Source: Microcystis aeruginosa NIES-2549 (lineage in GTDB: Bacteria; Cyanobacteriota; Cyanobacteriia; Cyanobacteriales; Microcystaceae). Taken from it: 32,000 nucleotides of DNA. The position numbers and the translations under genes are program-made. This document shows, piece after piece, positions 8,313 to 17,490 of this stretch. Location of the stretch: NCBI RefSeq assembly GCF_000981785.2, contig NZ_CP011304.1:2460001-2492000 (forward strand), given 5' to 3'. The number at the start of each line of letters is the position of its first letter. Within the stretch, counting starts at the first letter, position 1. The notes beneath the pieces were generated by a model. That model did not search any database and was not told the DNA's origin. It was given only the letters and a program-made list of their open reading frames with translations.

Positions 8313-8692
8313 TTTTGATTGCTCAAAAATAGTCGTAATTTCAATAAACTGAGAGTTTGACCGAGATTGAGGGGAAGGAGAGAAATGCCTTCTAAACGGG
8401 ATTGTAACCAACCATCGCCCCAATACCATTCGTGATAGCCATCGATACCTTGACTCAAAAGCAAGCGTAAACACTGGTCATTGGCCAATAAAACCTGATG
8501 TTGTACGGGGATTAAACCTAACCAAGAGGTAAAAGTCAAACCTTCCTCTAATTTATCGGGTAGATTGGGTGAGAGCATTTGCGGCCACAGCCATTGACGG
8601 AGATGAGCAGTTTTGAGCAAACTATCCCGGATAGCCTGTTCACTGGCCGAGATTTCGATACGCAGCTGACTTTGTTGAAAATTGCCAAACAT
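8309..8692 (-). CDS. Hypothetical protein (conserved-looking, possibly an SRPBCC-like fold)
   Basis: 127-aa ORF with an ATG start. Its position convergent with the pseudopilin operon leaves no competing ORF. The fold suggestion is weak. Confidence 0.55.
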   Translation of the reverse strand: MFGNFQQSQLRIEISASEQAIRDSLLKTAHLRQWLWPQMLSPNLPDKLEEGLTFTSWLGLIPVQHQVLLANDQCLRLLLSQGIDGYHEWYWGDGWLQSRLEGISLLPLNLGQTLSLLKLRLFLSNQK

Positions 8693-8808
8693 ATTACTGT
8701 CTCCCAGTTAGAACCTACTTGGGTTTTATTGTCTAATAATTTTTGTTAAGTTAGTTAAAGAATAACTAAAAATCGGGACAGCGTTTTCCAAGGATAACAG
8801 TAAGTAGT

Positions 8809-9723
8809 ATGGCAGATAAATTAATCCGCGCCACGGCCGCCGATGGGGGAATTAGAGTAGTAGGAGTGATTACCACCCGTTTAACCGAAGAAGCTCGCCA
8901 AAGACATCAATTATCTAACGTAGCCACCGCCGCTCTCGGTCGCACGATGGCATCGGCTTTACTCCTGGCTTCCAGTTTAAAAAAACCCGGTTCTAGGGTC
9001 AATATTCGCATTAAAGGCGACGGTCCGCTGGGTGGGGTCTTGGTTGATGCCGGACTCGATGGCACAGTGCGGGGTTATGTGGACTATCCCCAGGTGGAAT
9101 TACTCCCCAATGCGAAGGGTAAATTAGATGTGGGTCGCGCAGTGGGTAACAAGGGTTATGTGCGAGTCTTACGCGAAGAAAAAGGCGAGGGGAGAAATGA
9201 ACTTCAAGAAAGCATCGTCGAGATAGTTTCTGGGGAAGTGGGGGAAGATATCGCCTACTATCTAGACCAATCGGAACAAATTCCCTCCGCTTTGCAAGTG
9301 GGGGTTTTTGTCGGTACGACCACAGGAGTAACGGCAGCCGGGGGAATTTTATTACAAGTTCTCTCCAAAGAAGCAGCCCGGGATGAGGTCTTGGTGGCTC
9401 GTTTAGAGTCGAGATTGCGAAAATTAACGGGATTTACGCCCCTTTTACGCGCAGGAAAAAGTCTAGAAGATATTTTTCAGGAACTTCTGGGAGATATGGG
9501 TCTAGAAATTTTTCCGGCTGTGCAGCTGCTGCGTTTTGATTGTGATTGTTCTTTTGAACGGGCCCTAGGAGCTTTAAAATTCCTCGGGGTCGATGAATTA
9601 AAAGACATTATCGAAAAAGATAAACAAGCGGAAGCCATCTGTGAGTTTTGTCGGGAAGTGTATAATGCCAACGAGACACAATTAATCGAATTAGTCCAGT
9701 CTCTACAGGCTGAATCTTGCTGA
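8809..9723 (+). CDS. hslO: Redox-regulated chaperone Hsp33
   Basis: 304 aa. The N-terminal LIRATAADGGIRVVGV is family-like. The C-terminal zinc centre is CDCS...CEFC, the CxC...CxxC pattern characteristic of Hsp33. Confidence 0.92.
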   Translation: MADKLIRATAADGGIRVVGVITTRLTEEARQRHQLSNVATAALGRTMASALLLASSLKKPGSRVNIRIKGDGPLGGVLVDAGLDGTVRGYVDYPQVELLPNAKGKLDVGRAVGNKGYVRVLREEKGEGRNELQESIVEIVSGEVGEDIAYYLDQSEQIPSALQVGVFVGTTTGVTAAGGILLQVLSKEAARDEVLVARLESRLRKLTGFTPLLRAGKSLEDIFQELLGDMGLEIFPAVQLLRFDCDCSFERALGALKFLGVDELKDIIEKDKQAEAICEFCREVYNANETQLIELVQSLQAESC

Positions 9724-9786
9724 GAAGTCGGGCAATGAGCGCCATTAGGGTAAAATCTATCTGAAATATCTGCCGGGGAGTAGTGA

Positions 9787-11742
9787 ATGTCTAAAGGAAA
9801 AGAATTAACCAAAAATCTAGTCAAACGAGAATCGATTGACTCCCTGACTCGTTGGCCAGAGAAAACTAAATCTTTTCTTTTTCTCTTTTGGTACCGATAC
9901 CAGCATCGTTTCACCTGGAAAGTTTGGGCGGCTTTATTTGTGGTGGTCTTTGGCGGTGTTGGCTTTCTCGCCACTTGGCAGTTATTCAATATGCAGAAGT
10001 CGCCCAATTGCCCGAAAATCTTCTGGCCTGTCGCTTCTGCTTCCCTGCGTCTCTACTGCGCTCAACTTTCCGCCGATAGTCGCACCGTGGCAGGTTTACT
10101 CGAAGCAATTGCCCTGGTGGAAGCTTTACCCGAAGACCATCCCTTACGCTCGCAAGTTAATCAACAGGTGGAAGAATGGGCGCGAGATATCCTGAATTTG
10201 GCGGAAAAAGACTATCAAGCGGGAAATTTAGAGCAAGCAATCGCTAAAGCTCGTCAAATCCCCAATAATATGGCAGTAGCGGCAATTATTGAAGAAAGAA
10301 TCGCTAAGTGGCAAGGAACTTGGACGGAAGGCAACGATATCGTAAGCAAACTAGAGGAAAATCTCCGCGCTTCCAACTGGAATCAATCTTTCCGTCTAGC
10401 AGTGGATTTATTAAACTTAAATAACGAATATTGGGCAACGGTTAAATATAATGAAGCACTCGCTAAAATTACCGTCGCCCGGGAAGATAGCAGTAAATTA
10501 GATAATGCCTTTAATCTCTTTGCCCGGGGCGGTCTCGACAATTGGTTCAAAGTCATCGAAGAAGCTAGAAAAATTCAAGCCAGCAGTTATGCCTATCAGG
10601 AGGCACAAAAATTAATCGGGAAAACCGAGGATAAACTGCAAGAATACGCCGAAAGATTAATTGAGCGGAAGCAATGGCAAGCTCTCAGGGATTTGGCTAA
10701 CGAAAGCCCCAAAGACCTCAAAATTAAAGCAGATGTCAGCGATTGGTCTGTCTTGTCCGAAGCGGCCTTAGATGCGGAAACTGGCACAGTGGACGGATTG
10801 GAAGCTGGCATACTGGGACTAGAAAAAATCGACCCTTCTCGACCCCTCCATCAAACGGCCCTGGCGATGAGGGAGCGCTGGCAGTTACAGGTACAGGATG
10901 TAAAAATACTGTCTGAGGCTAGAGATTTAGCACAAGCAGGTACGATCGAACAGTATAGCGCCGCTATCGCGAAAGCGGGCGAGGTTCCCCCGAATAATCC
11001 CCTCTGGTCGCAAGCACAGCAGGAAATTGGCTCTTGGAATCGTCAAATACAAGTGATTGAAGACCGGCCGATTTTAGAACGCGCCCAAGAAATTGCTCTC
11101 CCCGGCGATATTAATTCCCTCAGTAGCGCTATTATTCAGGCCCGGGCCATTGGTAAAAATCGGGCCTTATACCGAGATGCTCAACGGGAAATTCGCGGCT
11201 GGCAAGTGCGGATTGAACGCATGGAGGATCAACCCATTTTAGATCAGGCTCAAGCTTTGGCCAATCTCGAAGACTATAGCACAGCCATCGAAACTGCCAA
11301 TCAAATTCCCCCCGGTCGCGCTCTTTCCTCGGAAGCGTCCCAAAATATCCGTCGTTGGCGCCGAGAGTTGCGGGCCCGTCAAAATCTCCAGCAGGCTAAT
11401 CAATTAGCGGCGACGGGAACCGCAGAAGGTTTAACCCGGGCGATTGCTTTAGTTACCAATATTTCCACTAAAACCGATGCGGGTGTGCAACGGACTGAAT
11501 TGCTGGAACGTTGGAGTTATCAGCTTTTGTCTTTAGCCACAGACCAAGCTAATAATGGTCGTTATCTGGAAGCTATTCGCCTTGCTGAATCCGTATCGCG
11601 GGAAAGTACCGCCTACAGTTCGGCTCGCTCCCAAATGCAAGGCTGGCGCAATATTCTCCAACCCCCGGCCCCACCGCCAATAGTTGAATCGACTCCCCTT
11701 TCCCCAGAGTCCCCGATAGAAACACCAAGTCCGGGTCAATAA
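9787..11742 (+). CDS. Membrane-anchored repeat protein (about 10 helical, TPR/Sel1-like, Trp-containing repeats; Pro-rich C-terminus)
   Basis: 651 aa with a single N-terminal TM helix (VWAALFVVVFGGVGFLATWQLF). Repeats of about 45 aa recur, for example AIAKAGEVPPNNPLWSQAQQEIGSWNRQIQVIEDRPILERAQEIA, AIIQARAIGKNRALYRDAQREIRGWQVRIERMEDQPILDQAQALA and AIETANQIPPGRALSSEASQNIRRWRRELRARQNLQQANQLA. Confidence 0.8.
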   Translation: MSKGKELTKNLVKRESIDSLTRWPEKTKSFLFLFWYRYQHRFTWKVWAALFVVVFGGVGFLATWQLFNMQKSPNCPKIFWPVASASLRLYCAQLSADSRTVAGLLEAIALVEALPEDHPLRSQVNQQVEEWARDILNLAEKDYQAGNLEQAIAKARQIPNNMAVAAIIEERIAKWQGTWTEGNDIVSKLEENLRASNWNQSFRLAVDLLNLNNEYWATVKYNEALAKITVAREDSSKLDNAFNLFARGGLDNWFKVIEEARKIQASSYAYQEAQKLIGKTEDKLQEYAERLIERKQWQALRDLANESPKDLKIKADVSDWSVLSEAALDAETGTVDGLEAGILGLEKIDPSRPLHQTALAMRERWQLQVQDVKILSEARDLAQAGTIEQYSAAIAKAGEVPPNNPLWSQAQQEIGSWNRQIQVIEDRPILERAQEIALPGDINSLSSAIIQARAIGKNRALYRDAQREIRGWQVRIERMEDQPILDQAQALANLEDYSTAIETANQIPPGRALSSEASQNIRRWRRELRARQNLQQANQLAATGTAEGLTRAIALVTNISTKTDAGVQRTELLERWSYQLLSLATDQANNGRYLEAIRLAESVSRESTAYSSARSQMQGWRNILQPPAPPPIVESTPLSPESPIETPSPGQ

Positions 11743-12230
11743 ATTGATACAGTCTTGGGGCAGTGAGTGTAGCGAACCACAGAGACACAAAGGACACAAA
11801 GATCGATCGCTACTATATAAGTTAAACTTATCACACAAAGAATAAGGGAGCCAAATACCTGTATTATCCTAAATCCGGTTATTAAAGACTGATTATCTAT
11901 TCCTTCTCTTGTCCCCTGCCTATCCTGATGATATTTAGCCTATACTCAACGGATTTAGTATAGCCAACAAATAACCAAAGCCAATTTTTAAAAGATAATA
12001 GGTGTTATGAATTAAATTAATTAATCAAGCAAAAAACAGATATCCGTAATTTCTATAAACCTCCTGCATAATTAATTTTTGATGGTTCAAAAACGGCAAT
12101 AATAAGGATTAAATAACACAAAATCTTTAAATAGACCATTTAATTGATTATTATTCATTCTTAATTCTCCTGACTACTGGCTACTGACTCCTAACCCTAA
12201 AAACGATTTTTGATTTCTGCAAGAGGTCTT

Positions 12231-13442
12231 ATGAAAGCAAGTGAGGTACTGGATTTATATGCCAAAGGGAAACGCAATTTTACAGGAGTAAAATTAAAAG
12301 GACAGTGTTTTCACGGAAAGAATTTATCGGGGGCTAATTTTAGTAAAGCGGATATCCGTGGCACTAATTTTCAAGGGGCTATTTTAGAGAAAACTAAATT
12401 TACCGAGGCTAGGGCAGGATTACTAAAGCGCGGTCGGCTACAATTAATTTTAATTTCTTGGTTAATAGCGGCTATCTGTGGCTTGGTGTGGGGATTAGCT
12501 GGTTATTATCTAGCTTTAATGCTGGTGACAGATGTAACCGAATTTAAAATCATTGGTGCGGTGATAATTACGATTTTATCTCTAATTTACGGAATATTTT
12601 ATCGTCAACGAGTTGGGGGATTGCCCTTAGTTTTATCCTTAATTTCTGGCCAAGCAATAAGTTTTACCTTAGCAATTTTTATCAACTTAATTTTAATTTT
12701 ATTGACAGTAATTATCCTAGCTTTTCAAGGAGCATTAGCAGGGATAGCCGTGATGAATGGAACTTTTTCTATAGCTTTTATGGTTGGGGTTTGTGGTACT
12801 TTATTCACCGCTTATCTGGCCTGGTTATCCCTAGAAGAATCGGGAGAAACGATCACGAAATCCATGGCAATTGCTTTTTTAGCCAGTAAAGGTACAAATT
12901 TTTGCGGGGCAAATCTTAAAGAAGCCGATTTCACGGGAGCGCAGTTAAAAGCCACTGATTTAAGGGCAAAAGATTTAACTAGAACTCGATTTTATCTGGT
13001 ATTGGGCATCGAGCGAGCGCGTTGGGAAAAGACAATTTTGGCCGAAGTGGCGATGAGAAATCTTCTGGTGACTGGTCAAGGGGAAAATAAAGCTTATATT
13101 GGCTATAATTTTCGCAGACTGAATCTCTACGGGTTTAACTTCAAAAATGCCAACCTGACTAGGGCAAATTTCAGCGAGGCAAATTTAGCCTACGCCAATC
13201 TAGAAGGGGCCAATTTAGCCCATAGTAACGTGATGAGAGCCAATTTACAGGCAGCCACCCTGACGGGTGCTTGTATCGAAGCTTGGAAAATCGCCGAAAA
13301 TACCAATTTAGAAGGGGTTGATTGTGATTATATCTATTTAGTCGAGTCCGAGGAAGAGCGCCGTCCCAGGGAGGGAGATTTTGGGGAAGGGGAATTCCGG
13401 CAATTGGCCCTGGAGCAGCGAAAATTGTATATTGACGAATAA
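12231..13442 (+). CDS. Pentapeptide-repeat protein with a central polytopic membrane domain
   Basis: A(D/N)LxX-type repeats occur at both ends (NLSGANFSKADIRGTNFQGAIL... and NFKNANLTRANFSEANLAYANLEGANLAHSNVMRANLQAATL). They flank about 5-6 TM helices. I prefer the ATG at 12231, preceded by AAGAGG, to the in-frame TTG at 12210 used in the track. Confidence 0.85.
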   Translation: MKASEVLDLYAKGKRNFTGVKLKGQCFHGKNLSGANFSKADIRGTNFQGAILEKTKFTEARAGLLKRGRLQLILISWLIAAICGLVWGLAGYYLALMLVTDVTEFKIIGAVIITILSLIYGIFYRQRVGGLPLVLSLISGQAISFTLAIFINLILILLTVIILAFQGALAGIAVMNGTFSIAFMVGVCGTLFTAYLAWLSLEESGETITKSMAIAFLASKGTNFCGANLKEADFTGAQLKATDLRAKDLTRTRFYLVLGIERARWEKTILAEVAMRNLLVTGQGENKAYIGYNFRRLNLYGFNFKNANLTRANFSEANLAYANLEGANLAHSNVMRANLQAATLTGACIEAWKIAENTNLEGVDCDYIYLVESEEERRPREGDFGEGEFRQLALEQRKLYIDE

Positions 13443-13552
13443 GATAACTGCTAGACAAAGCTAAAATTGCGGCGCCGAGGCGGACAATTAGAGGGATAAT
13501 AAGACCAGCCCTAACACCTATCCCCCGACTGGTAACTGATCACTGATAAGCG

Positions 13553-15196
13553 ATGGTGAATATTTCTAATCAAGTTACACCCAATCGGGAACTAGCGCCC
13601 CCAGCAAAAGTCCCCGATGTCCAAATCCTAGCGGCGATCGATATTGGTACGAATTCGGTTCACATGGTAGTAGTGAAAATTGAACCGTCTTTACCCGCTT
13701 TTACGATTATTGCCCGAGAAAAGGATACAGTCCGTCTGGGCGATCGAGATCGGAAAACCGGTAAATTAACCCTAGGGGCCATGGAAAGAGCGATTGCGGC
13801 TTTAAAACGCTGTCACGATCTAGCTATTAGTCTCCAGGCGGATCAGATTATTGCCGTTGCCACTAGCGCCACCCGGGAAGCGGCCAACGGTGACGAATTT
13901 TTGGCTTTAATCGAGAAAGAAGTCGGTATTTCCGTAAATCTCATCTCCGGACAGGAGGAAGCGCGCCGGATTTATCTCGGTGTCGTCTCGGGGATGGATT
14001 TCCAAAATCAAGCCCATATTATTATCGATATCGGTGGCGGTTCCACGGAATTAATCTTAGCCGATAGTCAAGAAATTCGCTTTCTTGGTAGTACCAAAAT
14101 CGGTGCGGTGCGTTTGAGCCAAGATTTCATTACTACCGATCCCATTAGTACCACAGAATTGGCCTATTTAAGGGCATACACCAGGGGAATGTTAGAGCGA
14201 GCAGTAGAGGAAATTAAACATCATTTACAGGTGGGAGAAGTGCCGCGGTTAGTGGGAACTTCTGGGACGATCGAAACTTTGATGACTATCCATGCTTTGG
14301 AGAAATTGGGGGAAATTCCCAATCCTTTAAATGGCTATCAATTAACCCGCAAAGATGTCAAAGAATTGGTCAAACGTTTCGCAACTTTGGACTATCATCA
14401 AAGGCTGGCAATTCTGGGGATGTCCGATAAACGGGCCGAGATAATTCTAGCTGGTTCGATCGTGCTTTTGGAAGCGATGACCATGTTAGATGTTGATAAG
14501 TTAGTTCTCTGTGAAAGGGCCTTGCGAGAAGGGGTAATCGTCGATTGGATGCTGACGCACGGTTTAATTGATAATCGGTTACTTTATCAGAGTGAAATCC
14601 GTCAGCGCAGTGTTTTGAAAATAGCGAAAAAGTATCAAGTTAATTTAGAATCTGCTGAGAGAATAGCGGCATTTTCCCTGTCTTTGTTCGAGCAAATTCA
14701 AGGACAATTACATTCTTGGAATCAGGAGGCTAAAGATTTATTATGGGCGGCGGCTATACTGCATAATAGTGGTTTATATGTTAGTCATGCTGCCCATCAT
14801 AAACATTCCTATTATTTAATTCGTAATGGTGAACTGTTGGGCTATACGGAAATAGAGTTAGAAGTGATCGCTAATATCGCTCGTTATCATCGCAAAAGTA
14901 AGCCGAAGAAAAGGCACGATGATTTTATGAAATTAACTGAATACTATCAGTATATGGTCAGACATTTAAGTGCTATACTGCGCTTGGCTGTGGCTTTAGA
15001 TCGGCGACAAATAGGAGCGATTAAAAAGATTGAATGTAAGTACGATCCTGAATATAGAACCCTACATCTGCACCTTTTCCCCAATAATGCTGAAGATGAT
15101 TGTGCTTTAGAATTATGGAGTCTAGACTATAAAAAACCTGTTTTTGAGGAAGAATTTGGGGTGAAAGTGGTGGCAACTTTGGCATTTTTACCCTGA
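13553..15196 (+). CDS. ppx: Ppx/GppA-family exopolyphosphatase with C-terminal HD domain
   Basis: 547 aa. Contains the ASKHA phosphate-1 motif AAIDIGTNSVHMVV, then DIGGGSTE, and the HD-domain segment ILHNSGLYVSHAAHHKHSYYLI. Confidence 0.9.
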   Translation: MVNISNQVTPNRELAPPAKVPDVQILAAIDIGTNSVHMVVVKIEPSLPAFTIIAREKDTVRLGDRDRKTGKLTLGAMERAIAALKRCHDLAISLQADQIIAVATSATREAANGDEFLALIEKEVGISVNLISGQEEARRIYLGVVSGMDFQNQAHIIIDIGGGSTELILADSQEIRFLGSTKIGAVRLSQDFITTDPISTTELAYLRAYTRGMLERAVEEIKHHLQVGEVPRLVGTSGTIETLMTIHALEKLGEIPNPLNGYQLTRKDVKELVKRFATLDYHQRLAILGMSDKRAEIILAGSIVLLEAMTMLDVDKLVLCERALREGVIVDWMLTHGLIDNRLLYQSEIRQRSVLKIAKKYQVNLESAERIAAFSLSLFEQIQGQLHSWNQEAKDLLWAAAILHNSGLYVSHAAHHKHSYYLIRNGELLGYTEIELEVIANIARYHRKSKPKKRHDDFMKLTEYYQYMVRHLSAILRLAVALDRRQIGAIKKIECKYDPEYRTLHLHLFPNNAEDDCALELWSLDYKKPVFEEEFGVKVVATLAFLP

Positions 15197-15414
15197 AATC
15201 ATGAAAGGTGATCGGTTATCCTTGACTACCGAGGGTATTAAGTAGCTTCAAATCGGCAAGATGGGAATTTTCGAGACTTGTTAACTATTATTCTAGGTCA
15301 AGATTATATTGATAATTTTTGTTGATAATTAAGCAGGAAAACCGTTAAAAACTGCTAGGTTACTGTTATAATCGAGAAGGAATAGGATCGCAGGAAGAAA
15401 AGGAGCAGAAAAAC

Positions 15415-17064
15415 TTGTTGCAATTAGCCAAAATTAGCCGCTCAATCGCTCTGGGTTGCTTAGGAACAATACTGACTAGCTTTCCTGTCCTCTCGGCCGA
15501 GAGAATCACTTTTATCTTAGCGCCCTTTAGTCGTACCCTAGAAATTAGTTCCCTAGAAAACTTTGCCAAAACTGGCAGAATTGACGCTAATCTAAGACAA
15601 TATTTAGGTAATACAACCGCCGAACAACAAAAAGAATTTCGCCAAGCTTTAACCACAAGTAAAGAAGTTAATCCCGTCCTGATCTCGCGCTTTTTTAACA
15701 CCAGAATGGGGGAAGATATACTAACCCTTTTAGGGGAACTGATCACCATTCAAGGGGGTATTAATGGTAAATTTGCCCTGCGTTCTGCTCTAATTAAATC
15801 AGCCTTTGAACCGGAAGGGGTAACTATTCTTAACCTGCTGCGTAATCTGCCCACTAATATGCAGATTGATGTGACAAAAGTGCAAAGATTAGCCCGGGCG
15901 ATCGATATCGTCCTGAAAGCCACCAAAGTGTTTACGGAAAAGGTGGCGCAATTGTCCTTAGAAGAAGCTAAAAAGGCCGGTGAAATTAATTTTACGGCCA
16001 TGACCGACCCCCGACAACCGGGACCGCGACAAGTGGAACAGATGCGGCTGGATTTAACCGATGGCCGTCGTCAGAGGGAACTTTATCTAATTATTGTCAA
16101 ACCCAAGGGACAATTAACCCAGAAAACCCCCGTTATCGTCTTTTCCCACGGTTTAGCTTCCCGTCCCGAAGATTTTGTCCGACAAGCGGAACATTGGGCT
16201 AGTTACGGTTATCTCGTTGCCATACCCCAACACCCCGGCAGTGATACCCTACAGGTACAGAATCTACTCGCCGGTTTATCGCGGACGGTTTTTTATAGCA
16301 ACGAATTTGTCAATCGTCCATTGGACATATCTTTTGTGATCGATGAATTGCAAAGACGCAACGCTAGGGAATTTCAGGGGCAATTAGATTTAGATAATGT
16401 GGGAGTTGGTGGACATTCCTTCGGCGGTTATACAGCCCTAGCTGTAGGTGGAGCGACGATCGATTTCGAGAATTTACAACGGGACTGCCAAAGAAGATTA
16501 GCTTTTCTCAATGTCTCCCTCTTGCTGCAGTGTCGTGCTTTGGATTTACCCCGAGAGGAATACAACTTTCGCGATCAAAGAATAAAAGCGATTTTTGCGG
16601 TTAATCCGTTTAATTGGAGTATTTTTGGGGCTAAAGGACTGGCTAAGATCGAAATTGCCACTTTTGTAGCGGCAGGAACCTACGATCCCGCCACCCCAGC
16701 TATTTTTGAACAGGTGCGCTCTTTTCCTCTGCTCAATACCGACAATAAATATTTAACTCTGATTGAAGGTCAAGCTCACGTCGATTTTTCGGTACTAGAT
16801 GCGGGAATTAACGAAGCACTCGAATCCGTAGCCGATCTTACCCTGCCGGCACCATATCTGATCGATAGTTACGCCCATTCCCTATCTTTGGCCTTTTTTG
16901 AGGTGTATATTCGCAAAAACCCCGGCTATAAACCTTTTTTACAGGCGGCCTATTCCCAATATCTCAGTCAAGGCCAGGAGTTTAGATGTTTTCTGATTAC
17001 CCGCGCCTCCTCGGCTGCTTTAGAACAACTGATCGAAGATTTTGTGGCTCAAAATGTCCGTTAA
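15415..17064 (+). CDS. Secreted alpha/beta hydrolase with an N-terminal cyanobacterial DUF1400-like domain
   Basis: 549 aa. The N-terminus is signal-peptide-like (IALGCLGTILTSFPVLSA). The nucleophile elbow is GHSFGG, followed by a PAF-acetylhydrolase/dienelactone-hydrolase-like C-terminal half. The TTG start is preceded by AAGGAG at 15401-15406. Confidence 0.8.
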   Translation: MLQLAKISRSIALGCLGTILTSFPVLSAERITFILAPFSRTLEISSLENFAKTGRIDANLRQYLGNTTAEQQKEFRQALTTSKEVNPVLISRFFNTRMGEDILTLLGELITIQGGINGKFALRSALIKSAFEPEGVTILNLLRNLPTNMQIDVTKVQRLARAIDIVLKATKVFTEKVAQLSLEEAKKAGEINFTAMTDPRQPGPRQVEQMRLDLTDGRRQRELYLIIVKPKGQLTQKTPVIVFSHGLASRPEDFVRQAEHWASYGYLVAIPQHPGSDTLQVQNLLAGLSRTVFYSNEFVNRPLDISFVIDELQRRNAREFQGQLDLDNVGVGGHSFGGYTALAVGGATIDFENLQRDCQRRLAFLNVSLLLQCRALDLPREEYNFRDQRIKAIFAVNPFNWSIFGAKGLAKIEIATFVAAGTYDPATPAIFEQVRSFPLLNTDNKYLTLIEGQAHVDFSVLDAGINEALESVADLTLPAPYLIDSYAHSLSLAFFEVYIRKNPGYKPFLQAAYSQYLSQGQEFRCFLITRASSAALEQLIEDFVAQNVR

Positions 17065-17142
17065 TCAGTTATCAGTTATCAGTTATCAGTGTTCAGTGAT
17101 CAGTAAACTGATCACTGATAAGCTCGCCACTTCGCCACTTCC
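17065..17142. repeat. (CAGTTAT)3 array, a perfect 11-bp hairpin, then CGCCACTT x2
   Basis: It starts directly after the stop at 17062-17064. The hairpin pairs TCAGTGATCAG (17093-17103) with CTGATCACTGA (17108-17118) around a TAAA loop. It lies between convergent genes. Confidence 0.9.
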
Positions 17143-17146
17143 AAAT

Positions 17147-17437
17147 TTATGTTTGTTGAGGGGGTTTAAGTAGTAATTGGATAGCCAAAAGAATTAAACC
17201 AATGGTGACAAAAATAAAAATAAAGGTTCCTAGAGAAGCTAAACCAAAAACTAAAGTCCGGACAGCGCTGCCAATTCTTAAGGCGATCGGACTGTGCGCC
17301 ACCATTGGTTTTGAGTAAAAAGAATGACCGATCGCTGCTGTAAGATAATAGAGAATTGTCCCCAGTGCTGCCGAAATTGCCGCACCAACTAAACAGCGAG
17401 TAGGAGTAACTTTTTGGGTTTCTAATTCTGTGGTCAT
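17147..17437 (-). CDS. Small membrane protein (DUF3082-like, conserved in cyanobacteria)
   Basis: 96 aa with two clear TM helices. The family name is recalled from similar cyanobacterial proteins and is not verified. Confidence 0.6.
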   Translation of the reverse strand: MTTELETQKVTPTRCLVGAAISAALGTILYYLTAAIGHSFYSKPMVAHSPIALRIGSAVRTLVFGLASLGTFIFIFVTIGLILLAIQLLLKPPQQT

Positions 17438-17490
17438 TACTTTTTAGTTCTCAAATATTGTCCAGCTTAAATTTTAATTCTTTTCCCCGA

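Noticed and set aside
9477-10007. 176-aa minus-strand ORF overlapping the hslO 3' end and the 5' end of the 651-aa gene
   Set aside because: It is antisense to two well-supported genes. Its Ser/Arg/Pro-rich composition is typical of antisense frames, and it has no motif.
15366-16001. Minus-strand ORFs 15366..15749 and 15750..16001, antisense to the alpha/beta hydrolase gene
   Set aside because: They are fully nested antisense to a gene with clear family motifs and have no independent support. The same reasoning applies to 727..948, 1390..1668, 2094..2348, 4003..4341, 4129..4311, 7583..7801, 9888..10079, 9938..10195, 10596..10811, 11533..11838, 11573..11797, 13171..13458, 17648..17932, 18421..18618, 21311..21523, 22521..22757, 25648..25842, 30194..30427 and 31070..31321.
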